Below are positions 11,146 through 22,396 of a DNA stretch of 64,000 bases, piece after piece. Positions within the stretch are counted from its first letter, which is position 1, and each line of letters opens with the position of its first letter. Origin of the DNA: Ramazzottius varieornatus (Eukaryota > Animalia > Tardigrada); NCBI GenBank assembly GCA_001949185.1, contig BDGG01000007.1, positions 2,066,730-2,130,729 on the forward strand, read 5' to 3'. A model generated the notes under the pieces. It was not told where the DNA came from. It saw only the letters and a list, made by a program, of their open reading frames with translations, and searched no databases. A program made the position numbers and the translations under genes.

Positions 11146-14100
11146 ATGTTTGGGAAGACGGTCTGCATTGTCCTGACAGTGGTCGCTCTGCAGGAAGGTC
11201 ATGGATACTACACCTCTCGCCGGTGCTACGGTAAGTGACAAACCTTTGTCCCCGGCCTTTCCAAAGACACCCGTGCCGCATGCACTACCTGTCCACGTCT
11301 ATATTGACTTTGCTTTGCAGGTACGGGCGACTGCCACTTGCTGACCAAGAACCAGGTCTGATTTTGGCTCTGCGCTACTTTTGCTGTCGGCAGGCTCCTC
11401 CACCCCTCATGTGTCTGTTGATTTTAGGACGGGGGTTTTGATGATGCGAGCCACCAATGGTTGAGCGAGTGCAATGATGGAGAGGGCGTGGTGGCCATCC
11501 GCGATGACGACACTCATTTCGAAGGACTGTCAGGTCAGTTCCACATCATCACATCTTCGCAGTAGAAACTTTGTTGGCAACTTAGGGCTGCACAGTACAT
11601 GATATTGATGATGTTGGCAGGTATATGGTGTTCGTTCCTCTTTCCGATGAAACAGTCGACCAAGGGTGTTTACCCGTACTATCCAAGTTGCGCGGTTCGG
11701 TAAGTACAGGGTGATCCCGATGAGTTGAACGGATTTTGGAAATTCGTAGTAAAATCGCTTCTCTCTCTAATTTTTTATACGTCAGCTCTTTCGATAGAAC
11801 ACCTCTTCATCTTCGATTTTTGTCGAGGTCTCTTCAACAGAATCACGATCATTTAATTGCTGGGAGCAACGAGAAATCGTCGTTTTACGGGTAAAAAGTA
11901 AGAACCTCAGTGAGATTATTTGTATTAGACGCCCAAAATTAAAATATTTCCCCATAAGATTGTTTTACGAAAGAAGTACGTTTGGACTAATTATTCAAAA
12001 ACAAACCGACGGTTCTCACACGCTGCCGACGGAGAAACTACGAATATTTAAAAAATACGCGAAAACTTTTGCTTACCCCCTGAGTCAGCAGCAGTATTGT
12101 CGCTGGCAAATCCAACCGTGTGCACGAACTCGTAAGTGATATTTTTATACTATATCAAGACGGTTTTTGCAACAGAATAGCATCAGAGAAATTGTTCTAA
12201 AACGTTCTGCACTCAAACAAACAAACCGGACAGAAGTGCATTGCATGTTGGTTTCGGGAAAACTTGTTGATTTCTACCTAGTTCACGTCTTCGGCGCTGT
12301 GCTCCTTCTGGAGCGCAACACTTCGACAAAATTTTTACACAGTGTTTTTAATACTGTAGTGCTCCCAAATTAACGCGCACTCAGCCACGTGATGATTCAA
12401 CGTTGTAGTGTGATCAGATGTTATCAGTGTAGCCTGTGTCACTCTCACCCGGGCGCCATTTACTGTCCACGTGGTTGAGTGCGCGTTAATTTAGGAGCAC
12501 TACACGAACGACGAGATATTATGGGCCAGTAAGAATTACGGGCCAGGCGGAAAAGACGGCAAATTTACAATTTGTATGAAAGCCAGCAATATCAATCGCA
12601 CAAATGACGTAACGCAGTAAAATTCAACTGTAAAAAATCGTCTTGGACAGTGGCCATCAGCTGATCAGCTGTTTTACTCTTACACTTCAACGCTGCTGTG
12701 CATGGCTATTCGACTTTCTCTCGGAGAAGCTCTGGACTCGTTGTCTCGATATCCTTTCCGTAAAGGTTTTTCAGAATGTCCAGCCCTTCAGAACCAAGCA
12801 CCCTCGATGATGCACCGAAGACGCCCTGAAGGACGCGCTATCTGCTGTCGAGGCTGGAATGGGATTACACGGAGCAGCTCCAGTCTTCAAAGTTCCCCGC
12901 AGCACCGTCCTACGTTATGTCGAAGATACCACACACTAAATATCAATATTAATATGACAAGCTTTAGCTCCTCGGCCCAATGTCCAGCACGTACGTACAG
13001 CAGTGCAGCCTTCGATGCTGGTTTTCACTTGAAGCAACAGTCACCTGCCCGTGCCGCCGGAGCGAAAAGGCCTGGTCCGTAATTTTTACTGGCCCATAAT
13101 ATCTCGTCGCGCATGTACAGCAGTTAGACGTATCTGAGAACGAATTTTCGAAGAAGTGAGCGCACTGCCCCTTTTGTTTTGTTCAAGTTCAAAATCCGTC
13201 CAACTTATCGGGATCATCCTGTAGATAATTAGCATCAAAATTGAAGGTGCCATTGAGGGTCAGCCAAGAAGCGCTTTGAATGCGGTACGTGATGTGAGGT
13301 CTTCCTGTAGGAACTTGACGGCGGGAGAATACCACTGTCGAGGGGAGGGACAGAATAATCAAACACAAAACCTTTTCGTTTCCGGTAAGTCTTTTCCCCG
13401 TCTCACGTACGGAAGCGAGCTCCACGCTTTAGCACACTCTGCCTCCTGTCAATCAAAATATCTCCAGACTACCGCCTTGTTTCTCCTATAGGAATTTACA
13501 AGGAGCCCGATGAGCGACAAGCTTTTGTCCCGTCACTTATGAAATGCTGTAAGTGCTGTAATCTAGACACTTCTTGTAATTGACAATTGACAAAAAAATC
13601 CAAGAACTTTACAGGCGAAACTCCGAGCGAGTACCGCATTGACCATTCCAACTGCCACTACAAGAAAACCTTTGACAGGTAAGGACTCATCGTCCCGCCT
13701 TCCAATACGTAAAGAACAAGAAGGAAAAGCAGGGCATTGCTTTTTATCGGCGTTGCATCTAACAGTACTCTTTAAAGACCAGCGTGCATCGTTGTTTAGG
13801 TTTGGCGAACATTACACCGGAGAATGGCTGGTCAAATGCGACAGTCATTTCGTTGCAACCGGCATCGGCAAAGATGTGCGTGTCCACGTAATAGTTCTTG
13901 AAACCATTGACAAATAAACGGAATAGATTTATTGGTTTATGTGTCCTGATTAGGTTAACCCGTGGGACAGCAAGGAGCACTTTACATGGGTACAGTGCTG
14001 CCCTCTGCTCTACACTCCCAAAGCGGCCATTACGCTGCTGCCAGCCACCATCAAGGCTTCCTCCACCCAGTACCTCGTCTCTCCCGCTGCCGAGAACCTC

Positions 14101-15054
14101 AACCAAGTCCCCATTCTCAACGACCCAGGACAGGTCCAGCAAATGAGCAGTTCCGCCCGCGCCGACATTTTCCCCGCCCTGTACTTGACCGCCTCCGGCC
14201 AATCGCCAGTCCAAACGACCACCATCGACGGCGCATCTACCGGACAGTGGCTCCCCAAGTTGCCATTGCCCGCCACCCAGTCCCTCCACGGCCTTCAGAC
14301 CATTCCTGAGCCTCTTCCCCTAACGACGACGACGTACAGCGCTCCAGCCATTTCGGCTATCCAGCACGCCGCCAACGTGGCCGCCTACAAAGAGTTCATC
14401 CATACTTTCAACGACCTCCTAGCCAACTACAGCAAAGCACAAAGCCAGAAAGCCACCAAGGAGCCCCAACATGCTCCGCCCATGTCTTACCAACTAGTCC
14501 AGACTCCCTTACAGAACATCCAGCCTCCCATCAGCTTGAACTCGGCCTTTCAGACCGAGGGCGGGTTCTCCTTTGTCCAACCACCTCTACCGTCGGGTAT
14601 CCAAAACTACATGGCTCTGACGTCGAATAACCCCGGCGCTGCCTTGTCTAGTCTGTACAGCCAACCCTCCATCTTCAGCCCGACACCTGTTGGCCACCCA
14701 GAAGGAAGTTTGGTGGGTTTCCGACAACCGAGTGGCCAGCCACAGCCACAGTACGTCATGGGACCGACTACGGTCTTCCATGAGGGCTATGAAGGGCGCT
14801 ACCCACAGCAGCTGTTCGCATTCACTCCCCAGCATGTTCCTGAGTATGGGACTTATGGACAGCCGAGCGGACATCTGCTGGTGAAACCTAAGGTGGAGAA
14901 GGAGCAAGAGCAGCTGGATGTGAAATGGGAGACCTTGAAGACGGGCACGGAGAAACCGCCAAAGGGCTTGCTGTCCATCGTTGGTCTGCCGGTTGACGCC
15001 AAGAGTAATGAGACCTTGTCGCTCAACCTTACCGTCAACGCCACCAAAGCGTAA
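11146..15054 (+). CDS. Secreted Cys/Asp-rich protein resembling the tardigrade AMNP (g12777, Mn-dependent peroxidase) family, with a long P/Q/S/T-rich C-terminal tail; ~558 aa
   Basis: 9 phase-compatible exons: 11146-11230, 11321-11355, 11428-11533, 11621-11699, 13311-13384, 13492-13548, 13615-13678, 13800-13875, 13954-15054. Signal peptide, then CYGTGDCH..DGGFDD..W..EC..DDD..WC..YPYYPSC..RNLT..KCCETP..GEHY..C..TG..NPWD..WVQCC. The gene model is solid; the family call is from memory. Confidence 0.72.
12355..12504. mobile_element. Nested MITE A
   Basis: 37-bp inverted repeats tgtagtgctcccaaattaacgcgcactcagccacgtg / cacgtggttgagtgcgcgttaatttaggagcactaca (2 mismatches). Confidence 0.8.
12503..13115. 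mobile_element. Nested MITE B (TA-flanked)
   Basis: TIRs cgacgagatattatgggccagtaa...ttactggcccataatatctcgtcg; second copy at 16647-17042. Confidence 0.82.
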
Positions 15055-15524
15055 AACTGTTCTGCACGAATGCGCATCAAGCAATTTGCAGTTTCAAAAT
15101 TACCTGCTAAGTAATCGATGCCATTCAATGGCGTTCAGTATTTTTCTACCCTTTTCCTTGCCAGTTTGACCCTGTAATTCTGGTTTCACATTTTAGCGTT
15201 ACGTATGTTAATGATGGTGTTGTCCAGGTAAATATTTCTTAGAAGTCAAGAATGATCAACTTTTGCAGCACTAACGAAGGCAACTTCCGGCAAATCCGTG
15301 CGCCATCTGGAGGTTGATGCTTTGGAGGTGTGACCGTTGGGCACACCCACTTGTATGCCCGACCAAAACACCGATAAGAAAGAAGGCAGCTTTCTTTCCG
15401 AGCCTTTGTCCAACGTGTCCACTTTTGGATTTGAGAGTGCGCACCTACCTCACGCTCTTCATTCTGTAGATTCTAGTCAAGCTCAAGTAAGTTCCAGTCC
15501 GGAAAAAGCAAGGGAAACTTCACC

Positions 15525-16246
15525 ATGTCGTCGGAGAAAGGAGCTATCAAGGAGGGAACGAGCATGCCTCAAGGTACGTCCATCTGCCCCGCTTTCTCTT
15601 CCGTTTCGATGGGCTGGGTCCTTCAGCTTTTCCTCTTCTTTCAGCTAGAGGTTGCGGAAAGCCTGGGTGCACTTGTGAGAACTGTAGCTGTGCTGCTGGA
15701 CAGTGCCATTGCGGAGAATCTGGCCGAGGTAAGATTCACTCGCATTTCCTGCTGTGGAATTTGACTTGAACGGTCTGATTTAAGCACAAGGCTATCGTTG
15801 TGTAATTTTCTTGTGGATCAAGTTTGATTGATGTTCCTTGATTAGCCACCAGACTGCCAACTGAGCTTATACGCTTCCTCTTTGGTTTTTGTTTCTAGCT
15901 GGAAATTTGAGCGACCCGGGACAGGGGGGAAACCAGTGGCAGCAACAACAAGGAGGCCAAGGGATGAAGAAGGGTTGCGGAAAGGCTAGATGTACCTGCG
16001 ACAACTGCGGCTGCCCTCCGGGACAGTGCAGATGTGGAAATGGTGGACCAGGTAAGGCTTACCTCGTTCTCGTTGCTTTATTGGATTTTCGCAACCACCG
16101 TATTGTGGTGCTCTCTAGGGATGAGCCAAGGCCAGCAGGGTGGTGGAAAGAAGGGCTGCGGAAAGGAGAACTGTGGCTGCGATCCTTGCAACTGCGGAGG
16201 ATCGTGCAAGTGCGACAGCGCTGGTCAAGGGCAGAAGAGCCAGTAA
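15525..16246 (+). CDS. Modular metallothionein-like protein, 137 aa, three 7-Cys domains
   Basis: Exons 15525-15573, 15645-15728, 15899-16051, 16119-16246; domains GCGKPGCTCENCSCAAGQCHC / GCGKARCTCDNCGCPPGQCRC / GCGKENCGCDPCNCGGSCKC. Confidence 0.85.
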
Positions 16247-16646
16247 AGACCTACACTACTTCCTTCTTCTTCAGCTCTATTCTAAGTTAGGCTTTGTAGA
16301 TACTTCAATGCTATTGTCGTAAAGTGATTCTCGACTGACCTCTGGTCCATGTTTCGGTTCCTTTTTTTACACTCTTCGCTGGCTCAGCCAGCCTGTGCAC
16401 CGGAAGCCTTCGCCGGAAGTGCTTCGACTTGCATGACTGCGACATGTGCTTTTATCCGCTTTGTATAACAATGTTTGGTGAGTCTGGTGACTGCCTGAAT
16501 GTGAATAAATGTTGATTGAACAGTCTTCACTCCATCGTCCGCAGCAGAATGAAGCAGAGAACGCAGGTAGCCTCAAGATGAACGAGCTCGGAGCGACAAA
16601 ACCGAGGAAGATTGTCAACAACACCACCCTGACAATACTCACTGTA

Positions 16647-17042
16647 CACGCACGACGAGATATTATGGGCCAGTAAACATTACAGACCAGGCCTTTTCGC
16701 TACGGCGGCACGGGTAGGTGATTGCTTCAAGTAAAAACCACATCGAAGGCTGTACTGCTGTACGTGCGTACTGGATATTGGGCCGAGGAGCTAAAGCTTG
16801 TCATATTAATGTTATAGCAGTCAGATCTTCATTATACCTTCAACAGTTCAAACTATTCCAAGGCTTCTCCGGCCTCCGGGAGAAAGTCGACAGCAGCGTA
16901 GAAGCGTTAGAGTAAAACAGCTTATCAGCTGACGCCCACTGTCCACGACAATTTTCTACGGTTGGATTTCTACGTCATTTGTGCGATTTCTGTTTCTGAC
17001 TTCCAAATAAATTGTAAATTTGCCGTCTTTTCCGCCTGGCCC
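16647..17042. mobile_element. Second, inverted and internally deleted copy of MITE B
   Basis: TA|cacgcacgacgagatattatgggccagtaa... matches the reverse complement of ~12945-13115; its end matches the reverse complement of ~12540-12680. Confidence 0.8.
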
Positions 17043-17419
17043 GAGACCGGAAATGCGCGAGTTTCGCGCGGTGGGTTTGTAGGCAAACTTTGCCTCTTGA
17101 CTAAGTTGAAATTCATGATTTTCTCTCTGGCTAGTCTCTGTCCTCCGATATCCCCGACACTAATAGGTATCAAGAAGCCCATACGTGAAACGGTATCTCG
17201 CAACGTGAAACACTGTACAGATAGGGATCAGCTGAGAAGTGAAAATTTAAAATTTTGAGTCAAGTGCGCAGAGAATAATCCATTTTCGCTTTCAAGATAA
17301 GCTACTCGACGGCTGCTTATCTTGAAAGCGAAACTTCGTAATCCACTTTCAAGATCAACACAATCAACAGAGTTTTACGGTCTGTCGTGAGGAGGACTAA
17401 AGAGTGCTGCAGCATTATA

Positions 17420-17600
17420 ACTGTAATCAACAATCAAGTCACACTAGCTGATCCGTAGCCTTCCGTTTGTCCGCTGTACCGGCGCTGTCACATCCGCGAT
17501 CGACGGCTCCGTTGAGACCAAGACGGGCTTACGATTGATTGGCTCTGCGTTTCGCCTAAAGTCCAGCTTTGACTGATGAAAACGTAGGTTCATCTTCTTC
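17420..17600 (+). repeat. Dispersed ~200-bp repeat, copy 2
   Basis: Reverse-complement similarity to 5140-5335. Confidence 0.65.
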
Positions 17601-18056
17601 TCGGAGATATCAGCGCTCTCATGTTGTACCCATTACGGTATTGCCATATTGCGTAACCGTTTTCATAATTCTTTTTACAGGTTGTCTTCAGGCAGAGAGA
17701 GGAAAATGTCCGGCGGACCGCCGTGAACGAAGGCAAAGCCAGAATGCGGGCCATGCGTCAAGAGTGGACTGGTCGGATGACGGCAGATGGGCAAATAGCT
17801 ACCGAAGTCGCTTCGGCCGAGTGGCGGACATTGCCGAGATGACTGGAGGAATCTTGGGCTGCGTGCGGTTTGTCGGTTTATTGGGAGCTTGGTCGGAATG
17901 CCGAAGAAGTACGAGGAGCTCATCAATCATCGATTTTCATGGATGGCGCCGTAATAGAATCTTGGAGCCAGCCCCTGGCCGTCAGCAGTGGCAGCGTCAG
18001 GTCGGCACTTGACTGGCAAGCACCGCTTAGCAGTGTACAGTCACTGCAGTGTTGTG

Positions 18057-18106
18057 NNNNNNNNNNNNNNNNNNNNNNNNNNNNNNNNNNNNNNNNNNNN
18101 NNNNNN
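18057..18106. other. Assembly gap (N run)
   Basis: Run of n. Confidence 1.
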
Positions 18107-18710
18107 GGCGCCATGCATCATGCATGTCGGTTTTATTTCTCAAGTCATAGAGATATGCCGCGGTCGGAAGAACCTTGGGCCTCGAGGATTTTCAAGACAT
18201 TGCTTATGAAAGTGAAAACTCGCTTCTTCCAACAATTCAAGTTCAAAGCTTTAAAGGGTTTTCTGTTTTTGGCGTGCCTCGTTCCGACGCCGTTGAGTCC
18301 TTTCTCTGTTCTCCTCGTTTCTGCGGCGGTTCGCTGACGTCACAGCAGCAGACAGCGTGCTGCGATGGTGATAGTCTGAACAATCTTTGGAATCGACCAA
18401 GGGCTGCGGGCGTTTCCGCTCGAATGGAAGCCAGCGGAACGGAAGTTCCATGCGCACTGCGTGGTACGGAGCGACCCCACCTTGAACTTGAAACGGGATG
18501 GTGCCGCTCATCCGGCATACCCACAGCGGCCAAAGCCGCCTTTCCGTAGCGCCTCCTTTTCCTTTAACCTCAGTGGCTGCAGCATAATACGCCAATCCCT
18601 GACTGGTAGTTGGCGTAGGGATCCAGCCCTCTGTCTGGATCGATTCCATCGGGAAGGAGGTTGGACCTTGCGTGGGGTATTTTCCAGCACGACTTTTGCA
18701 ACGTGGCGGA

Positions 18711-18720
18711 TATAAAAGGC
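18711..18720 (+). promoter_or_regulatory. TATA box of the SYGQ-rich gene
   Basis: TATAAAAGGC ~140 bp upstream of ATG 18854; identical 10-mer at 22258. Confidence 0.7.
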
Positions 18721-18853
18721 GCCTGGCAACTTCCCAGTAGATTCCAGCACAGCGCTCTGTCTAGCTTTTCGAACGTCGCGCATTTCGCTTCTCCCACCGT
18801 CTCGAACTTCATCCCGTGTTTCTTCCCGTTTCAGGTTAAGGCTTAACATCACC

Positions 18854-20188
18854 ATGTCGACCACAACCTCTTCCTCCTCTTCTAACAAGGACAAGGACTC
18901 GACCGACACGTACGTTCGCAGCGCGGACAACACCAGCGGATCGTCCAACACCACTGGCTCGTCGTCCACCAACAAGGGAGGCAAGAGCAGCTCCTCCGAC
19001 TACGACTCGGACAAGACCACTACCAGCTCTTCGTACGGCACCGGCGGCCAAAACACTAGCTCTTACGGACAATCTGGCCAAGGAGGACAGCACAACACCT
19101 CGACCTCCTCGTCCTACGGTCAGTCTGGTCAGGGAGGCCAGTCGGGACAACACTCGTCGTCCTCCTACGGACAGTCTGGCCAACACTCTTCTGGTCAGTC
19201 TGGTCAGCATTCTTCTGGTCAGTCCGGCCAACAGTCTGGCCAACACGGAAGCCATGAAGTGCAGCAGAAGCTGAAGGAAGTCGGAAACTTGCTCCAGAAG
19301 GCTGGACACTTGCTGCAAGACCTGCAAGGCTCCGCTTCGGACTTTTCTTCCTCGTCGTCCTACAGCCAGCGAAACCAGGGCGGAAACTACAGCGGCGTAA
19401 GTTAAACATTGGCTTTTTGCTTGATTATTTGTTGACCACAGGAGGGCCTACCGCTTGTCACTTCCGCCTACTCATCTGCTAAGCTTATCTCCCTTGTCCT
19501 ACGCCTATCAAAAATTGAATTTGCCCTACTGCAGTTTCACACCTACTCGAGAAGCTGGTGTGCATGTGTTTCTGTAATGCGCCTACTGCTGTTGACGGTC
19601 GAGTCTAACTTCCGCTTCTTTCTCTTTGCAGCCATACGGCGGATCTGACTCGCAGTTTCACCAGTATGGATCGTCTGGCATGGGAGGAGGATCGTACGGC
19701 CAAAGCTCTAGCTACGGACAGGGATCTTCCGGGTACGGACAAGGCTCGTCCAGCTACGGCCAGCAGAGCGGTCGTCACCAAGACAGCGACCGATTCGGAG
19801 GCAGCTCGAGCTTCGGTGGTCAGTCTTCCGGCCAGTATGGAGGCCACAGCCAAGGAGGATACGGTGGACAACAGGGCGGATATGGAGGATCCAGCGGCCA
19901 GAACTACGGACCGTACGGCAGCAGCAGCAACCAACACAGCAGCATGGACAGCAACCGCGGAATGGGTGGCGGTTACGGCTTCAGCCAGGACTCTGGACGT
20001 CAAGGAGGTAAGCCAAGCCGAAAGTCAACGTTTCTCCTTAGCCGTCTCTAACTTGCTTGCTTTCCTTTCAAGGTATGGGCATGTCTGGTGGCATGGGTGG
20101 AGCTGATCGATATGGAGGCTTCGGCGGACCCAACCGTCCCGACATGTCTTACGGACAGCAGTACGGTGGACGCAGTGACCGATGGTAA
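18854..20188 (+). CDS. Gly/Ser/Gln/Tyr-rich intrinsically disordered (prion-like) protein, 344 aa
   Basis: Exons 18854-19396, 19632-20007, 20073-20188 (phases match, TAA 20186-20188); SSYGQSGQ / SGQHSS repeats; Kozak-like CACCATG. Confidence 0.88.
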
Positions 20189-22257
20189 CCGCCGGACTTT
20201 TCTCTTGTTTGACGGCTGGTTTTGTAACATCTCTTTCTCTCGTTGTTCATGGTATCTTTTTGCGAGGAAGTTTGCACTTCCAGTTAGGTTTCTTCATTGA
20301 TAGTGTTTGCAACAATCGGTGTAAATTAATTTTTGATCGATAGGTAAAATTCTTGCGCTTTCTGAAACGTTCCCATCGCTGTACACGACGTCGCGTTGCA
20401 TGTTTATAAATGACGTAACATCGGCCAATTTTCAGTTCGGTCCAGAAGTGAAACGGAGTCGGAACAGAAATAGGTCAGCAGGATGAAGATGTGCGAAAAT
20501 CGCAGGTCCAACGGAATGCACTATCCAGGCAGTTGTCGCACGGTGCGGAGTGCGCGTGCAACGCGAATGGGAAGGCACGTGCACTGCAAGACTTGACTGA
20601 TGTGCACTCCGTTGCGCTTCGGCAATCATGCACCAGCGCCAAAGTTCTAATTCTCACCAGCCGCGCACTGATCAAGTAATCAACGTGACCAACGTATATA
20701 GTTCGCGAAAGGGCGAAACATCTCCCATCAACTTCCTTGTCGACTTTCCCCCGTTTGTAAGGCTTTCATTTACCCCAAAACTTTCTGTGATGGATGTACT
20801 TTGTAATACCAGTTCGTGAGATGAACTTGCAAGTTGTTTACGTGGCAGTTTTCGCCTGCGGACATTGTGAAGTTTACCCGATGCCGCGAGAAATTTGAGA
20901 AATTCTTCTAACAGCATGTCGCATTCTTGTGGCATTTGCAGCCATCAAGTGCCTGGATAGCTTTTCCAAACAAATTTTATCGGCAAGAGGGAAAAAGCAA
21001 TATGCGATGACCGTGATAACCAACGAAGATAAACCGGTCAAACACCATTCCGGTAATATTTTCCACGACGGAACGTGAGCACTGAGAGTGCCTGCTTCAC
21101 TGCTGTTAAGAGAATGCCCGCTGACCACTTCCTTCCACAATCTAAAATTAATTCCATCATAATTCCCCTCGGATTTTCCCCAGAGGATTCCAAGATGGAC
21201 ACTTAAAGAAGAATCCATGGTTCATGCATGAAGGTTTCGGCTTGCTGCAGTTGTATGCAGGTCCATGCAAAGCCGCAGCGATGTCCACTGCGCGCGGATG
21301 CTTTCCTGCAACGTGCAAGATCCCGCGCAGGCGGAGGCACTTTTGTTGCCAGTCGTCACGTTTTTTCAGTCGCTCTTCGACAGTGATAGTTTTTCATGGA
21401 TACCACTGCTTCATGAGCTTTGGCGCCAAAGAGCGTCCTTTCCGTTGCAACAAGGTACTCGTGACGAAGTCCAGGGTTATAAAATACCTTCCGGCCAGTC
21501 ATGAGCCATCATTGTCGGCAAGCACCTTTAGCCAGCTATCAGTTACAGACACTTTGACAAAAAACAGATTTGAAAACAACTTGCGGAGGCGACCTTTGTT
21601 CAACCTTGTGGGTGAGGAAGTACCAGAAGACCAGGGTTCGCTGTCACCTGCATACTGTTTGAGAGCACCTTGCACGCAGCGCCTTGGGTGCTTCAAAGTG
21701 ACGTCATTAACTGTGCGCATTCCATATTCAAGAGTCTTTCCCATTCAGAAATGCTGTTTTCATTTCATCCAGAAACCGAGCTGACCATTTCTTCTTCCCT
21801 TCATTAGGATGAATGCTTTACCAACGCTCAGTCTGGAAAGCAGACCATTGACTTTCGATGAGTCCAGGTTGAAGTGTCCTGAAGACCTGAATGAGCCACC
21901 AGGAAGCGTGTTTTTCCCGAAACACGGCACAACGAATAATACTCACTGTACAGAGAACAAAAGGCACTTGTTTCAGGAAACTTCCCGAGATTGCCATCTA
22001 GACACCGGCCCGTAAATTTACACCGCCTCCGCGCCCCGGACCGGCAGCTGGCCAGAAGAGCCATTCAACTAGCTGCTAACCGTGAAAGAAGCCCGGGAGG
22101 AGGCAGCCACAACGGTTGCAGCGGTATCCAGGGTTCGATCTCGCTAACCTCTCGCTAACCTTGAAAACACGCCTTGCGGCTGTCTGCCGCTATAAGATTC
22201 CTCGACTCCTCCTCCGGTGACGCGACATCAGCCACATTCTTTCCCAGTAGGAAAGGG

Positions 22258-22267
22258 TATAAAAGGC
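22258..22267 (+). promoter_or_regulatory. TATA box of the Tyr/Gly/Arg/Asp-rich gene
   Basis: TATAAAAGGC ~140 bp upstream of ATG 22397. Confidence 0.7.
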
Positions 22268-22396
22268 CAGCAGAACAGTCTGTCTTCCTCACTCCGTAGC
22301 TTTCTCGTGCTTCTCTCTGCCTTCCGACACTCTTCGTGCTCCCGTGGGTATCTCGTTCTCTTCCAGGTTCGTCAACGTCCCCGATCCCGCTTCGCC

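Larger units (their letters stand above)
11707..13221. mobile_element. Non-autonomous Tc1/mariner-type element in intron 4 of the AMNP-like gene
   Basis: TA|cagggtgatcccgatgagttgaacggattttg ... caaaatccgtccaacttatcgggatcatcctg|TA: ~32-bp TIRs and TA TSD. Confidence 0.85.

Noticed and set aside
17284-17333. Hairpin tttcgctttcaagataagc...gcttatcttgaaagcgaaa
   Set aside because: Single short palindrome next to TE debris; probably a MITE remnant, with no evidence for a terminator or ncRNA.
17640-18056. Exon-like segment after ttttacag (VVFRQREENVRR...)
   Set aside because: In-frame TGA, runs into a gap, no recognisable family.
20670-21790. Several minus-strand ORFs that look like a decayed coding sequence between IDP1 and IDP2
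   Set aside because: No recognisable motif or consistent exon chain; cannot be supported without a search.
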